Shown piece by piece: positions 16,962 through 26,442 of a stretch of 61,178 nt of DNA (within the stretch, counting starts at the first letter, position 1; every line of letters begins with the position of its first letter). The notes below the pieces were generated by a model. That model saw only the letters and a program-made list of their open reading frames with translations. It was not told the DNA's origin and ran no database searches. A program made the translations under genes and the position numbers. Source of the stretch: Clostridia bacterium (GTDB lineage: Bacteria; Bacillota; Clostridia; Christensenellales; DTU072); NCBI GenBank assembly GCA_017476265.1, contig JAFVAC010000045.1:1-61178 (forward strand). The letters run 5' to 3'.

Positions 16962-18758
16962 ATGAAGAAGAGATCGGTTTATTGGGTTTGGGAATTTTTG
17001 AAGGGGACGAAGGCGGCGTTTTTGATTGGGATCGCGTCCACTCTTATTACGGCGTTGACGGGGATGTTGTCTCCGCAGATCATACGGCTGTCCGTCGATC
17101 AGATCATCTTGGGAGAGCCGACGGACGACGTCGGCATCAACTCCTTTTTGGAGTCCTTCGGCGGAGCGGCGTATCTGAAAGAGAACCTTTGGATCCCCGC
17201 TTTGATCTTGCTTGCGGTGGCGGCGGTGGCGTTCTTGACCAACTATTTATACAGGGTCAGCAACACATACGGCGCCGAGACGTTGACCAAAAATATGCGC
17301 GAAAAGTTGTTCGATCGGGTCAGTCATTTGCCCTTTTCGTGGCATATGAAAAATCATACCGGCGACATCATTCAGCGCAGTACTTCGGACGTGGAGACGG
17401 TCAAGAACTTCGTCTCCGAGCAGTTGACGGGGATCTTCCGCATCATCATTATGGTGGTGATGAGCCTGAGCTTTATGTTCTCGATGAACTGGAAGATGGC
17501 GTTGATCGCGGCGTCCTGCATGCCGCTTATTTTGATCTACTCGCTCGTATTTCACAAGAAGATCAAGACGGCTTTTACCGAGTGCGACGAGAGCGAAGGA
17601 AAACTTTCGGCTATGGCGCAGGAGAATCTCACCGGCGTGCGGGTAGTCAGAGCCTTCGGCAGAGAGGGGTATGAAAAGGACAAGTTCGTCAAATACGACC
17701 GCTTTTATACCGGACTCTGGACCAAACTCGCCAAGATCATGGCGCGGTTTTGGGCGTCGAACGACATCATCACCGGACTGGAAATATTGATCGTCATGGT
17801 CAGCGGCGCGGTATTCACCGTCAATGGGGAACTCTCCGTCGGGGAGTATATCGCTTTCATCTCCTACAACGAGATGCTCCTTTGGCCGATCAGGATGTTG
17901 GGGAGGATGTTGTCGGAGATGAGCAAAGCCGGCGTCTCCCTGAACAGGATCGTGTACATAATGGACTCCGAGCCCGAGCGGGACAAGGAGGGCGCAGGGG
18001 AGTGCGATATGACGGGGGACATCGCTTTCGAACACGTCAATTTCGCCTATGAAAACTGCCCCGAACTGTTGCACGACGTGTCCTTCCGGGTCAAGGCGGG
18101 CACTACGGTCGGCATTATGGGCGGGACCGGGAGCGGCAAGTCCACGCTCATGCTATTATTGGACAAGGTGTACGACCTGGAGGACCCCGACTCGAAAATA
18201 ACGGTCGGAGGCGTGGACATCCGGGACGTCAGGACGGAGTATCTGCGGTCCAACATCGGCATTGTATTGCAGGAGCCGTACCTCTTTTCCCGCACGCTCG
18301 CCGAAAACATCGGCATCAAGCGGGAGGGGACCACGCTGGAAGAAATACGGGAGGCAGCCAAGGCGGCGGCACTGGACGAGACGATAGAGAGTTTTACCGA
18401 CGGGTATGATACCTTCGTCGGAGAGCGAGGCGTGACTCTGTCCGGCGGACAGAAGCAGCGCACCGCCATTGCGCGGGCGTTGACGGGGAATACGCCGGTG
18501 CTCATCTTCGACGACTCGTTGTCGGCGGTGGATACCGAGACGGACGCCAAGATCCGGAGGAGTCTGGAAAAGAAGTTCGGCACGGCGACGGTCTTTTTGA
18601 TCTCGCACCGTATCACGACTCTCAAAAAGGCAGACCTCATATTGGTCCTCGATCACGGGACGATCAAGGAGTCCGGCACGCACGAAGAGCTGGTAGCGCA
18701 AGGCGGTATTTACGCCGAAGTCTACCGTGCGCAGACGGACGGGGTGGATGAATTATGA
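16962..18758 (+). CDS. ABC transporter permease/ATP-binding protein (exporter half-transporter 1)
   Basis: Six-TM N-terminal half, Walker A GGTGSGKST, signature LSGGQKQR, Walker B LIFDDSLS. Confidence 0.9.
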   Translation: MKKRSVYWVWEFLKGTKAAFLIGIASTLITALTGMLSPQIIRLSVDQIILGEPTDDVGINSFLESFGGAAYLKENLWIPALILLAVAAVAFLTNYLYRVSNTYGAETLTKNMREKLFDRVSHLPFSWHMKNHTGDIIQRSTSDVETVKNFVSEQLTGIFRIIIMVVMSLSFMFSMNWKMALIAASCMPLILIYSLVFHKKIKTAFTECDESEGKLSAMAQENLTGVRVVRAFGREGYEKDKFVKYDRFYTGLWTKLAKIMARFWASNDIITGLEILIVMVSGAVFTVNGELSVGEYIAFISYNEMLLWPIRMLGRMLSEMSKAGVSLNRIVYIMDSEPERDKEGAGECDMTGDIAFEHVNFAYENCPELLHDVSFRVKAGTTVGIMGGTGSGKSTLMLLLDKVYDLEDPDSKITVGGVDIRDVRTEYLRSNIGIVLQEPYLFSRTLAENIGIKREGTTLEEIREAAKAAALDETIESFTDGYDTFVGERGVTLSGGQKQRTAIARALTGNTPVLIFDDSLSAVDTETDAKIRRSLEKKFGTATVFLISHRITTLKKADLILVLDHGTIKESGTHEELVAQGGIYAEVYRAQTDGVDEL

Positions 18759-20557
18759 AAAAAGAACGTACGAGACTGAAGTTCTTCGGGATCCCGAAGC
18801 TATTACCCTTCCTGCATAGATATCGCTGGAGGATCCTCTTTATGATCTTCTGCGGTCTGATGGGGAGTATGGTGGACATCTTTTTGCCGGTGTATCAGCG
18901 GTACGCCTTCGATCATTTCGTCGGGCTTGGTACACTGGACACCTTGCCGTACTACATAGCGGCGTTCGTGGCGACGGTGGCTTTTTCCGCCGTGGCAAAC
19001 TATATCGCCATGAGTTCCGCTTTCCGCACCGAAGTGGAGATCAATCGGGACTTGCGCGACAGCGTCTTTTCGCACCTTCAGACGTTGGGGTTTTCTTACT
19101 ATAACGGCAACAGCGTCGGCTATATCCACTCCCGCGTGATGAGCGACACCTCCAAGATCGGCTCTTTGGTGTCCTGGAGCCTGATGGACGGCGTATGGCA
19201 CCTGACCTATCTCCTCGGCGCGGTGGTCGTCATGTTGGTCGTCAACGCGCGCCTTGCGCTGCTTGTTTTGACGATCGCACCGCTGATCGTGCTGATGTTC
19301 TCCATCTTCCAAGGCAAACTCATCCGCAGTAACCGCGAAGTGCGGGAGATGAACTCCATCATAACTTCGGACTTCAACGAGGGGATCACGGGAGCAAAAA
19401 CGGTCAAGACGCTCGTCATAGAGGACAAAATGCAGAGGACCTTGCAGGAGCACACCGTCAAGATCCGCAAAAAAGCCCTCCGCGTGGCGCACCTGAGAGG
19501 TTTGTTCTCGTCCACCATCAACATCGGGTCGAGTATCGCTCTCGCCATCGTATTGTGGCAGGGCGGGTACATCGCCGAGGACGAAGTGGGGACCTTCAGC
19601 CTGTTTATGTCCTACGCGCAGGGCATTATCGAGCCAATGCGCTGGATCATCGACGCGGTCAGCGACCTCATCACCTGCCAGGTCAATATCGAGCGTGTGG
19701 ACAAAATTTTGCATACCGAGCCCGACGTCGTCGATACGCCCGAAGTGGTGGCAAAGTACGGCACCGTCTTCGAGCCCAAGACGGAGAACTTCGAGCCGAT
19801 GATCGGAGACATCGAAATAAAGGACGTCACCTTCACCTATCCCGACGGTCACGAGCCGGTATTGGAACACTTCAGCCTGAAGATCCCGTTCGGCACCAAT
19901 GTCGCGATCGTGGGAGAAACGGGTGCCGGAAAGTCCACTTTGGTCAACCTGATCTGCCGCTTTTACGACGTCAACGAGGGCGCGATCCTGATCGACGGGA
20001 AGGACGTAAGGGAGCGGTCGCAAAACTGGCTCCACTCCAACGTGGGGTACGTCCTGCAGACGCCGCATCTCTTCTCCGGCAGCGTGCGAGAGAACCTCTT
20101 GTACGGCAATCCGAACGCCACCGACGAGGAGATCAATCGTGCGCTCGCTCTCGTCAGCGCGGACGAAGTGGTCAACAAACTGGAGCGCGGCTTGGATAGC
20201 GACGTCGGGGAGGGGGGAGACCTTCTTTCCACCGGAGAAAAGCAGTTGATATCCTTTGCGCGCGCCATTCTGTGCGATCCGAAGCTCCTCATCTTGGACG
20301 AAGCGACCGCCTCGGTGGACACTCTGACCGAAGCCAAGATCCAGTCCGCGATCGACCAAGTGATCCAAGGCAGGACCTCCATCGTCATAGCCCACCGCCT
20401 CTCCACGGTCAAGAACGCCGACTGCATCCTCGTCGTCAAAAACGGCAAGATCGTCGAGCGCGGCACGCATAAGGAGCTGTTGGACAATAACGGCTACTAC
20501 CGCGCCCTCTATACCCGCCAGTACGAGGACGAGAAGACAAAAGCACTGCTGGGCTGA
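18755..20557 (+). CDS. ABC transporter permease/ATP-binding protein (exporter half-transporter 2)
   Basis: Walker A GETGAGKST, signature LSTGEKQL, Walker B LILDEATAS. It overlaps the upstream gene by 4 nt (ATGA). Confidence 0.9.
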   Translation: MKKERTRLKFFGIPKLLPFLHRYRWRILFMIFCGLMGSMVDIFLPVYQRYAFDHFVGLGTLDTLPYYIAAFVATVAFSAVANYIAMSSAFRTEVEINRDLRDSVFSHLQTLGFSYYNGNSVGYIHSRVMSDTSKIGSLVSWSLMDGVWHLTYLLGAVVVMLVVNARLALLVLTIAPLIVLMFSIFQGKLIRSNREVREMNSIITSDFNEGITGAKTVKTLVIEDKMQRTLQEHTVKIRKKALRVAHLRGLFSSTINIGSSIALAIVLWQGGYIAEDEVGTFSLFMSYAQGIIEPMRWIIDAVSDLITCQVNIERVDKILHTEPDVVDTPEVVAKYGTVFEPKTENFEPMIGDIEIKDVTFTYPDGHEPVLEHFSLKIPFGTNVAIVGETGAGKSTLVNLICRFYDVNEGAILIDGKDVRERSQNWLHSNVGYVLQTPHLFSGSVRENLLYGNPNATDEEINRALALVSADEVVNKLERGLDSDVGEGGDLLSTGEKQLISFARAILCDPKLLILDEATASVDTLTEAKIQSAIDQVIQGRTSIVIAHRLSTVKNADCILVVKNGKIVERGTHKELLDNNGYYRALYTRQYEDEKTKALLG

Positions 20558-20843
20558 TCATTTATCGAAAAACGTTTATCCCGGTCCTTTTCTTGCGGAC
20601 AGCATACGTATAAGCGATTGCGGTACCGCTTTATCTCATCTTTTCTCATTGCGTCAATGTTGAAGAACGTCGCAAGATCGCCCTTTCAAGCAAGTGATTT
20701 TGTCGTATCGGGAAGAAAAGATCTTTCGACGCAAAGACCGACGAGCGTTCCTCGTTCGTATGTATTGCGGAATTTCAAAAATGTATGGACGAAAAAAGCG
20801 TGGTCGGTCGACCGCGCTTTTTCTCTTGGAGTGGGGTGGTGTT

Positions 20844-21779
20844 TTACGCCATCAGATATTTGTCCATAAAGGCGAACATCTTGGGCATGCACTGTTTGCT
20901 GGACTTCCGGAAGAGGTCGAGGTGGAAACAATGTCCGTCGTTTTTGGTCAGACCGTAGAAGGACTCCACGTCCACGCCGGCGTCTTTGAGGGCTTGCTCC
21001 AGCATTTCGCCCTGATTGGGGCAGAACATATCGTTGGTGCTGATGATGAGGAAAGCGGGCTGCCAGTTGTCGTTGACGAACCGGGCGGGCGCGATCTCGT
21101 TTATGTACTTGTAGTCGGAGGTGTTGGAGCAGTCCTTTTTGAGGGTGAATTCTTCGGTGGAGCCGAGGAAGCACCTGCCGATGTCCCAGACGTAGTGGAA
21201 GGGCAAGTGGAGGTCGCCGATGGACTTGGGCGGGTCGTACATTCCGCATCCGCCGACAAAGAGCGCCGGACGGACGGCGAAGTCGTTGACGCCCAGCGTT
21301 TGCCGCAAAGAGGCGTCGTTACTTAAGGCGGTGACGTGGGCGGCGTAGTACCCGCCGGCGGAGTCCCCGGTCACGCAGACTTTGCTTAGGTCGATGGGGT
21401 AGTCTTTAGCGAGTTTCTGCAAAAAGTTGACCGCGTTGACGCAGTCGCGGCTCCCTTGCGGGAAGATGTCTTTCGGGCCCAGTCCGTAGTTGACGTTATA
21501 GACAAAGTACCCGTGGTCGGCGATCATCTTGCAGAAGCTGTTGCGGTGTTTTTTATCCCCGCGGACAAAACCGCCTCCGTGATAGTAGACCACGACGGGG
21601 AGCTTTTTCCCGCTGTCAACGAGGTCTTGTCTGAAGTACACGTTACCTTTGCAGACGTCCTTTCTGCTCTCGTCGTAGACGACGTCCTTTTTGATCGTCA
21701 CGGCTTTGTAGCGGCGATAGTTCTGCCACGGGTGCCAAACGGTGTCGATGAACTGAAACAACATTTCCGAACGGGTCAT
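20844..21779 (-). CDS. Alpha/beta hydrolase (esterase/lipase family, HGGGF type)
   Basis: YYHGGGFVRGD oxyanion motif and the GDSAGG nucleophile elbow. Confidence 0.8.
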   Translation of the reverse strand: MTRSEMLFQFIDTVWHPWQNYRRYKAVTIKKDVVYDESRKDVCKGNVYFRQDLVDSGKKLPVVVYYHGGGFVRGDKKHRNSFCKMIADHGYFVYNVNYGLGPKDIFPQGSRDCVNAVNFLQKLAKDYPIDLSKVCVTGDSAGGYYAAHVTALSNDASLRQTLGVNDFAVRPALFVGGCGMYDPPKSIGDLHLPFHYVWDIGRCFLGSTEEFTLKKDCSNTSDYKYINEIAPARFVNDNWQPAFLIISTNDMFCPNQGEMLEQALKDAGVDVESFYGLTKNDGHCFHLDLFRKSSKQCMPKMFAFMDKYLMA

Positions 21780-21923
21780 ATTTTATTTCTCCCAAAATAG
21801 TTTTATACGTCTATTATAATATGCGTGCGCGGACTTTTCAAGACCGAGTCGAAAAATAGAGAAAAAGTTCTTGCAAGGGGCAAGAAAAAACGACGTCCGA
21901 CGGAAAATGTCACCGTCGGAGGG

Positions 21924-21952
21924 TAGACAAAAAACTTCGGATAGGGTAAAAT
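21924..21952 (+). promoter_or_regulatory. Candidate promoter of the rubredoxin/flavodiiron operon
   Basis: TAGACA 21924-21929, 17 nt, TAAAAT 21947-21952. The palindrome TTCTTGC-aagg-GGCAAGAA and the hairpin CCGACGG...CCGTCGG lie just upstream. Confidence 0.45.
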
Positions 21953-21982
21953 GAAAATAACATTTTTTCAGGAGGTCATATT

Positions 21983-22120
21983 ATGGCTAAATATGTATGT
22001 GAAGTTTGCGGATACGTTTACGACGAAGAGGCCGAGGGCACCCCGTTTGCCGAACTGCCCGAGGACTACACTTGCCCCTTGTGCGGCGTGGGCAAAGACC
22101 AGTTCGCCGAAGAAGCGTAA
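21983..22120 (+). CDS. Rubredoxin (45 aa; below the ORF-track size cutoff)
   Basis: [45 protein letters not shown] carries two CxxC pairs in the canonical rubredoxin pattern. AGGAGG lies 7 nt upstream. Confidence 0.85.
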   Translation: MAKYVCEVCGYVYDEEAEGTPFAELPEDYTCPLCGVGKDQFAEEA

Positions 22121-22137
22121 AAACTTCGGAGGGAGTG

Positions 22138-23970
22138 ATGACGGTAAGAAAATTGACGAAAGACCTCTTTTATACCGGGGTCAACGACCGTCGGATCGAG
22201 CTGTTTGAGAACGCTTACCCTGTGGCAAACGGGGTAAGCTACAACTCCTACGTCCTTTTGGACGAAAAGGCAGTACTCTTGGACACCGCCGACGGAGCAT
22301 ACACCAACAAGTACTTGGAAAACGTGAGAAAAGTCCTCGCCGGACGGACGGCGGACTATCTTGTCGTAAGCCATATGGAGCCCGACCACAGCGCGTCGAT
22401 CCGCGCCGTGATGGACGCCTATCCGGAATTAAAGCTCATCTGCAACGCGAAGTCGAAGGGGATGCTGGAGAACTTTTTCGGCGATATCTCCTCCCGCGCG
22501 GTCGTCGTGTCCGACGGAGAAGAGTTTTCGACCGGACGGCACACGTTGAAGTTCGTTTTTGCGCCGATGGTACACTGGCCGGAGGTCATGCTGACGCTCG
22601 ATCTGACCGACAATGTTTTGTTCAGCGCGGACGCTTTCGGATCCTTTGGCGCGATAGACGGGACCCTATACTCGGATGAAATAGACTTTGACGCCTATCT
22701 GCCGGAGGCGAGACGGTACTACACCAACATCGTCGGCAAGTACGGCGCGCAGGTGAAAGCGGTCTTGAAAAAACTCGCCGGCGCCACGCCCGCATTGGTC
22801 TGCCCTTTGCACGGCGTGATCTGGAGAAACAACTTCGACAAGATCGTCGAAAAGTACTCTCTTTGGGCGGACTACGAGCCGGAAGAGGTGGGCGTGGTCA
22901 TAGCCTACGGCTCCGTCTACGGCAATACGGCAGACGCCGCCGAAACGCTGGCCGCCATCCTCGCCGACAAGGGGGTCACAAACATCAGAGTCTACGACGT
23001 CGCCAAGACGCACTATTCGTACCTGGTCGCAGAAGCGTTCCGGGCGAGCAATCTGGTATTCTGCTCGGTCACGACCAATATGTATTTGTACTCGGCGATG
23101 GAAAAACTCCTGGACGAACTCACCAAGCACGGCATCAAGAAGCGCACGGTGAGCCTGATACAAAACGGTACCTGGGCGCCCGCCGCCGGCGCGCGTATGA
23201 AAGAGATCGTCTCCGCCTGGAAGGACTCTTTCGTCTGCGGAGAGCTTTTGACCCTGACCAGCCGTCTCAAGGACGCGCAGGACAAGGCTATGGACGACCT
23301 TGCGGAAGCGATCAAATTGTCCACCGCCCGGCACGAGCCAGAAGCCCCCGCGCCCGAAAGAAAGCCCGTCGATCCGAACGGGAACGCCCTCTTCAAACTG
23401 ACCTACGGGCTCTTTGTCCTGTCGGCGAAAGCGAGAGACAAGGACAACGGCTGTATCGTCAATACCGTCCAGCAGGTCGCCGACGGAAAGATTGCCGTCG
23501 CCGTCAATAAAAAGAACTTCACCTGTGAAATGCTCATGCAAAGCGACGACTTCAATGCGTCTGTTCTGAGCGAGTCCGCGACCTTTGAGACCTTCCGTCA
23601 CTTCGGATTCCAATCCGGCAGAGACGCGGACAAGTTTTCCAAAGACGCGCCGCGGATGAAAAACGGCGTCGCCTACGTGGAGTCGGGCGTCAACGCGGTC
23701 ATCTCCGGCAAGATCGTCTAGCGTATCGACTGCGGCAGTCATATGCTCTTTATTGCAGAACTCGGCGAGACGAAGATCTTCACCGACGACGCGTCCTGCT
23801 CTTACGCATACTACTTCGCCCATATCAAACCCGCCCCTCCCGCCAAAGAGGAGAAAAAGAAGGGTTACGTCTGCAAGATCTGCGGCTACGTCTACGAGGG
23901 CGATACCTTGCCCGAGGACTTCGTGTGCCCCCTGTGTAAGCACCCGGCGAGCGACTTCGAGCCGCTGTAA
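22138..23970 (+). CDS. Flavodiiron protein fused to a flavin-reductase-like domain and a C-terminal rubredoxin, interrupted by an in-frame TAG at 23719-23721
   Basis: Metallo-beta-lactamase-like diiron core ([10 protein letters not shown]), flavodoxin-like region, flavin-reductase-like [13 protein letters not shown]...GCIVNTV, then ...VISGKIV[TAG][16 protein letters not shown] in the same frame, ending in rubredoxin [12 protein letters not shown]...FVCPLCKH. Confidence 0.8.
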
Positions 23971-23996
23971 AAGTTCGTTCAGTCGTTACGATCTAT

Positions 23997-24033
23997 AAAA
24001 ACTCCTTCGAGATACGGTCGGGGGAGTTTTTTG
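23997..24033 (+). terminator. Rho-independent terminator
   Basis: AAAAACTCC-loop-GGGAGTTTTTT. Confidence 0.7.
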
Positions 24034-24128
24034 TTGTGAAATCATTCGACGTGTACACATTCGGTCACATCTTGCTCTTGCCGTGGAGGGGAAAAAGGGA
24101 TACACTGTAGGCATCAAGAGACAGGAGG

Positions 24129-24554
24129 ATGACCGAAATGGAAAGGACGATCGAAGCGGGAAGGAAAGGGACGACGTATCTGATCAACGACAAGAGGATG
24201 ATGGACGCGGACAAGAGCGCGACGTACGAGGAAGTATTGGAGCGGATCCGCATCGGACTGATGCTTTGGAAAGCGACCGAACGCGAGGCGACGGACTTTG
24301 TGGGGGACCTGCAAAAGCACTTGCCTTGCCGCAAGACGACCATCGGGATCGAGGAGTATCTGCATAAGACGGCGTATCTGTTGCGCATTTGGCTGGTGAG
24401 TCCCGCCGAGGCGGAGGAGTTCTGCGCCTTTATGAGAGAGGAGCTGTCCGACGTGTCCCGGACCCGCCCGCCCGTCCCCAACGCGCTGGAGGCGGTGGAC
24501 AAAGAGCGTTTTTTACAGACGTTCGCGCAGGGCGCCAAGTGGTTCGTCGCCTGA
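24129..24554 (+). CDS. Hypothetical protein (141 aa)
   Basis: ORF with an AGGAGG RBS and coding-like composition. I recognise no family. Confidence 0.55.
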   Translation: MTEMERTIEAGRKGTTYLINDKRMMDADKSATYEEVLERIRIGLMLWKATEREATDFVGDLQKHLPCRKTTIGIEEYLHKTAYLLRIWLVSPAEAEEFCAFMREELSDVSRTRPPVPNALEAVDKERFLQTFAQGAKWFVA

Positions 24555-24690
24555 TCTCGTCCGCCGCCTCTGATTTTGGCAAGGAGGTTCTTTCGTCGTC
24601 TCGGGGGGCGAGCGAAAGACGAAATTGTGCTTGCTTATTATCCCTATGTGGTATATAATGGTAGCAATCACGTTTTTTTGCGAGGAAAGC

Positions 24691-25194
24691 ATGGAAATAG
24701 TACCGAGTTATTTGGTGGATCATACGAGATTAAAGGCGGGATTGTACGTCGCCCGGAAAGATCGGTTGGGGTACGAAACGGTCACCACCTTCGATTTGCG
24801 ATTGAAAAGACCCTATCACGACGAAGTGATGGAGACGGGGAGCGTGCAGGCGCTGGAACATATCTGCGAGACTTTTTTGCGGAACGACGAACTATGGAAA
24901 GATAAAATAATCTTTTTCGGACCGATGAGCTGCCGAACGGGTTTTTATCTCATCGTCGAGGGGGATATCGATACCGATACCATCTATCCGCTGGTGGAGA
25001 GGACCTTCGACTACGCCGCCGACTTCGAGGGAGAGATCCCCGGATCGTCGCCCAAAGAGTGCGGTTTTTGTATGGATATGGACTTAGACAAAGCCAAAGA
25101 GGACGCCGCTCTGTACTACAATCTGTTGATCTCCGCAAAGAAAGAGAACTTCAACTACCCCCAACCGAGAAAACCGAGAGCCAAAAAGGCGTAA
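24691..25194 (+). CDS. luxS: LuxS-like S-ribosylhomocysteinase (divergent; QALEH in place of HxxEH)
   Basis: MEIVPSYLVDHTRLKAG...FDLRL...VQALEH...GPMSCRTGFYLIVEG...ECG aligns to LuxS. GAGGAAAG RBS. The track start at 24625 is too far upstream. Confidence 0.7.
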   Translation: MEIVPSYLVDHTRLKAGLYVARKDRLGYETVTTFDLRLKRPYHDEVMETGSVQALEHICETFLRNDELWKDKIIFFGPMSCRTGFYLIVEGDIDTDTIYPLVERTFDYAADFEGEIPGSSPKECGFCMDMDLDKAKEDAALYYNLLISAKKENFNYPQPRKPRAKKA

Positions 25195-25227
25195 GGGTCG
25201 TATTGCGATTGCTGTAAAGAAAAAAAT

Positions 25228-25256
25228 AAGCTATCCGATTCGGGTAGCTTTTTTAC
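25228..25256. terminator. Bidirectional terminator between the luxS-like gene and the convergent XRE gene
   Basis: AAGCTATCC-gatt-CGGGTAGCTTTTTT, preceded by an A-run. Confidence 0.6.
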
Positions 25257-25272
25257 AGATAACAAAGAGAGA

Positions 25273-25482
25273 CTATTTTCTTCCGACGAGTTCGTCTATC
25301 GTGACGTCAAAAATGTCCGCTAAAGCGATCAACGTATAGATATCAGGGGTGGAGTATCCGTTCTCATAGTTGCTTACCAAACTTTTTTTACCTTGTAAAA
25401 ACGTCGCAAGTTGTTCTTGCGTGAGTCCCATACTTTTACGATAGGTCCGGATGTTCTCTCCGATTTTGTTTTCTTTTTTCAT
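25273..25482 (-). CDS. XRE-family HTH regulator (69 aa)
   Basis: IGENIRTYRKSMGLTQEQLATFLQGKKSLVSNYENGYSTPDIYTLIALADIFDVTIDELV. I prefer the start MKKENK at 25482. Confidence 0.8.
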   Translation of the reverse strand: MKKENKIGENIRTYRKSMGLTQEQLATFLQGKKSLVSNYENGYSTPDIYTLIALADIFDVTIDELVGRK

Positions 25483-25490
25483 GCTTCCTC

Positions 25491-25549
25491 TTGACAAATT
25501 GTACATTTTACTTGTACAATCATTGTTGTATGTACAAGCAACTTGTACT
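25491..25549 (+). promoter_or_regulatory. Divergent promoter with four TGTACA-core repeats (candidate XRE operators)
   Basis: TTGACA 25491-25496, 18 nt, TACAAT 25515-25520. TTGTACA-like boxes at 25498-25505, 25511-25519, 25531-25538 and 25542-25549. Confidence 0.6.
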
Positions 25550-25571
25550 TTATTCTGTAAGGAGAGAGTTT

Positions 25572-25682
25572 ATGAAAAAAATAAAAGCATTTATGATTTT
25601 TATTTTCGTTATTTGTTGCGTAATTTCGTTGAGTGCTTGCTCGTCCGGCGAAGACGTGAGCAATTCTGCCGGCGAAGAATAA
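25572..25682 (+). CDS. Candidate micro-lipoprotein (36 aa)
   Basis: MKKIKAFMIFIFVICCVISLSACSSGEDVSNSAGEE has an L-S-A-C lipobox. AAGGAGAG RBS lies 6-7 nt upstream, downstream of the promoter above. Confidence 0.45.
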   Translation: MKKIKAFMIFIFVICCVISLSACSSGEDVSNSAGEE

Positions 25683-25738
25683 TGTCTCTTACGACGGGGT
25701 GTTTATAGCGAATGTCGTTGTTGAAGAGATATAAATTG

Positions 25739-26000
25739 TCGCTACGCGACGTGAATTGACGCTTTTTGCATCATGAATTGGGGCGTGTGCGCCCCATGAA
25801 TTCTCGCATTTTTTGCAAAATGCACCATTATGGAAGCGGCCCCTTTAACCAAGGAGCCGCGATTTTATTATCCATAATGCAGTTTTACAAAAATTGCAAT
25901 TCATGACGTCCTTGTGACGTCAATTCATGGCGACAGCCAATTCATGCGAGGAACTCGCAATTCATAACCTATTATGCGAGGGACTCGCAATTTATGGGCT
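25739..26000. repeat. Array of short hairpins separated by the word (C)AATTCATG; about 260 bp, partly a large imperfect palindrome
   Basis: AATTCATG or its complement occurs at about 25751, 25771, 25794, 25896, 25920, 25937, 25957 and 25987. Hairpins include GTCGC/GCGAC, GGGGCG/CGCCCC, GCATTTT/AAAATGC, GCGGC/GCCGC, ACGTC/GACGT and CGAG/CTCG twice. Confidence 0.8.
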
Positions 26001-26011
26001 ATTCACAGCCC

Positions 26012-26428
26012 TTATTCGCCTATTATCTTGATCAGAACCCGCTTATCCCGCATTCCGTCGAACTCTCCGTAGAAGATCTGCTCCCAAGTGCCGAAGTCCA
26101 GTTTGCCGTCGGTGATGGCGATGACGACTTCTCTGCCCATTACGGTGCGCTTCAGGTGGGCGTCGGCGTTGTCTTCGTAGCCGTTATGGGCGTATTGAGA
26201 GTAGGGCTTTTCGGGGGCTAATTTTTCCAGCCAGCGTTCAAAGTCGGAAAGGAGCCCGGACTCGTTGTCGTTGATGAAGACGCTCGCGGTGATGTTCATC
26301 GCGTTGACCAGGACCAGTCCCTCTTTGACGCCGGACTCTTTGACGGCGTCAGCCACTTCGTAGGTGATATTTTTATAGCCGCGACGAGCGGGCAGGTGCA
26401 TCGTGAGGACTTTTCGGAAAGATTTCAT
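26012..26428 (-). CDS. yjbQ: YjbQ/UPF0047 family protein (secondary thiamine-phosphate synthase-like)
   Basis: [26 protein letters not shown]...[13 protein letters not shown]...GTWQ-like motifs are typical of UPF0047. Confidence 0.8.
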   Translation of the reverse strand: MKSFRKVLTMHLPARRGYKNITYEVADAVKESGVKEGLVLVNAMNITASVFINDNESGLLSDFERWLEKLAPEKPYSQYAHNGYEDNADAHLKRTVMGREVVIAITDGKLDFGTWEQIFYGEFDGMRDKRVLIKIIGE

Positions 26429-26442
26429 TTTCTCGGCTCCTT

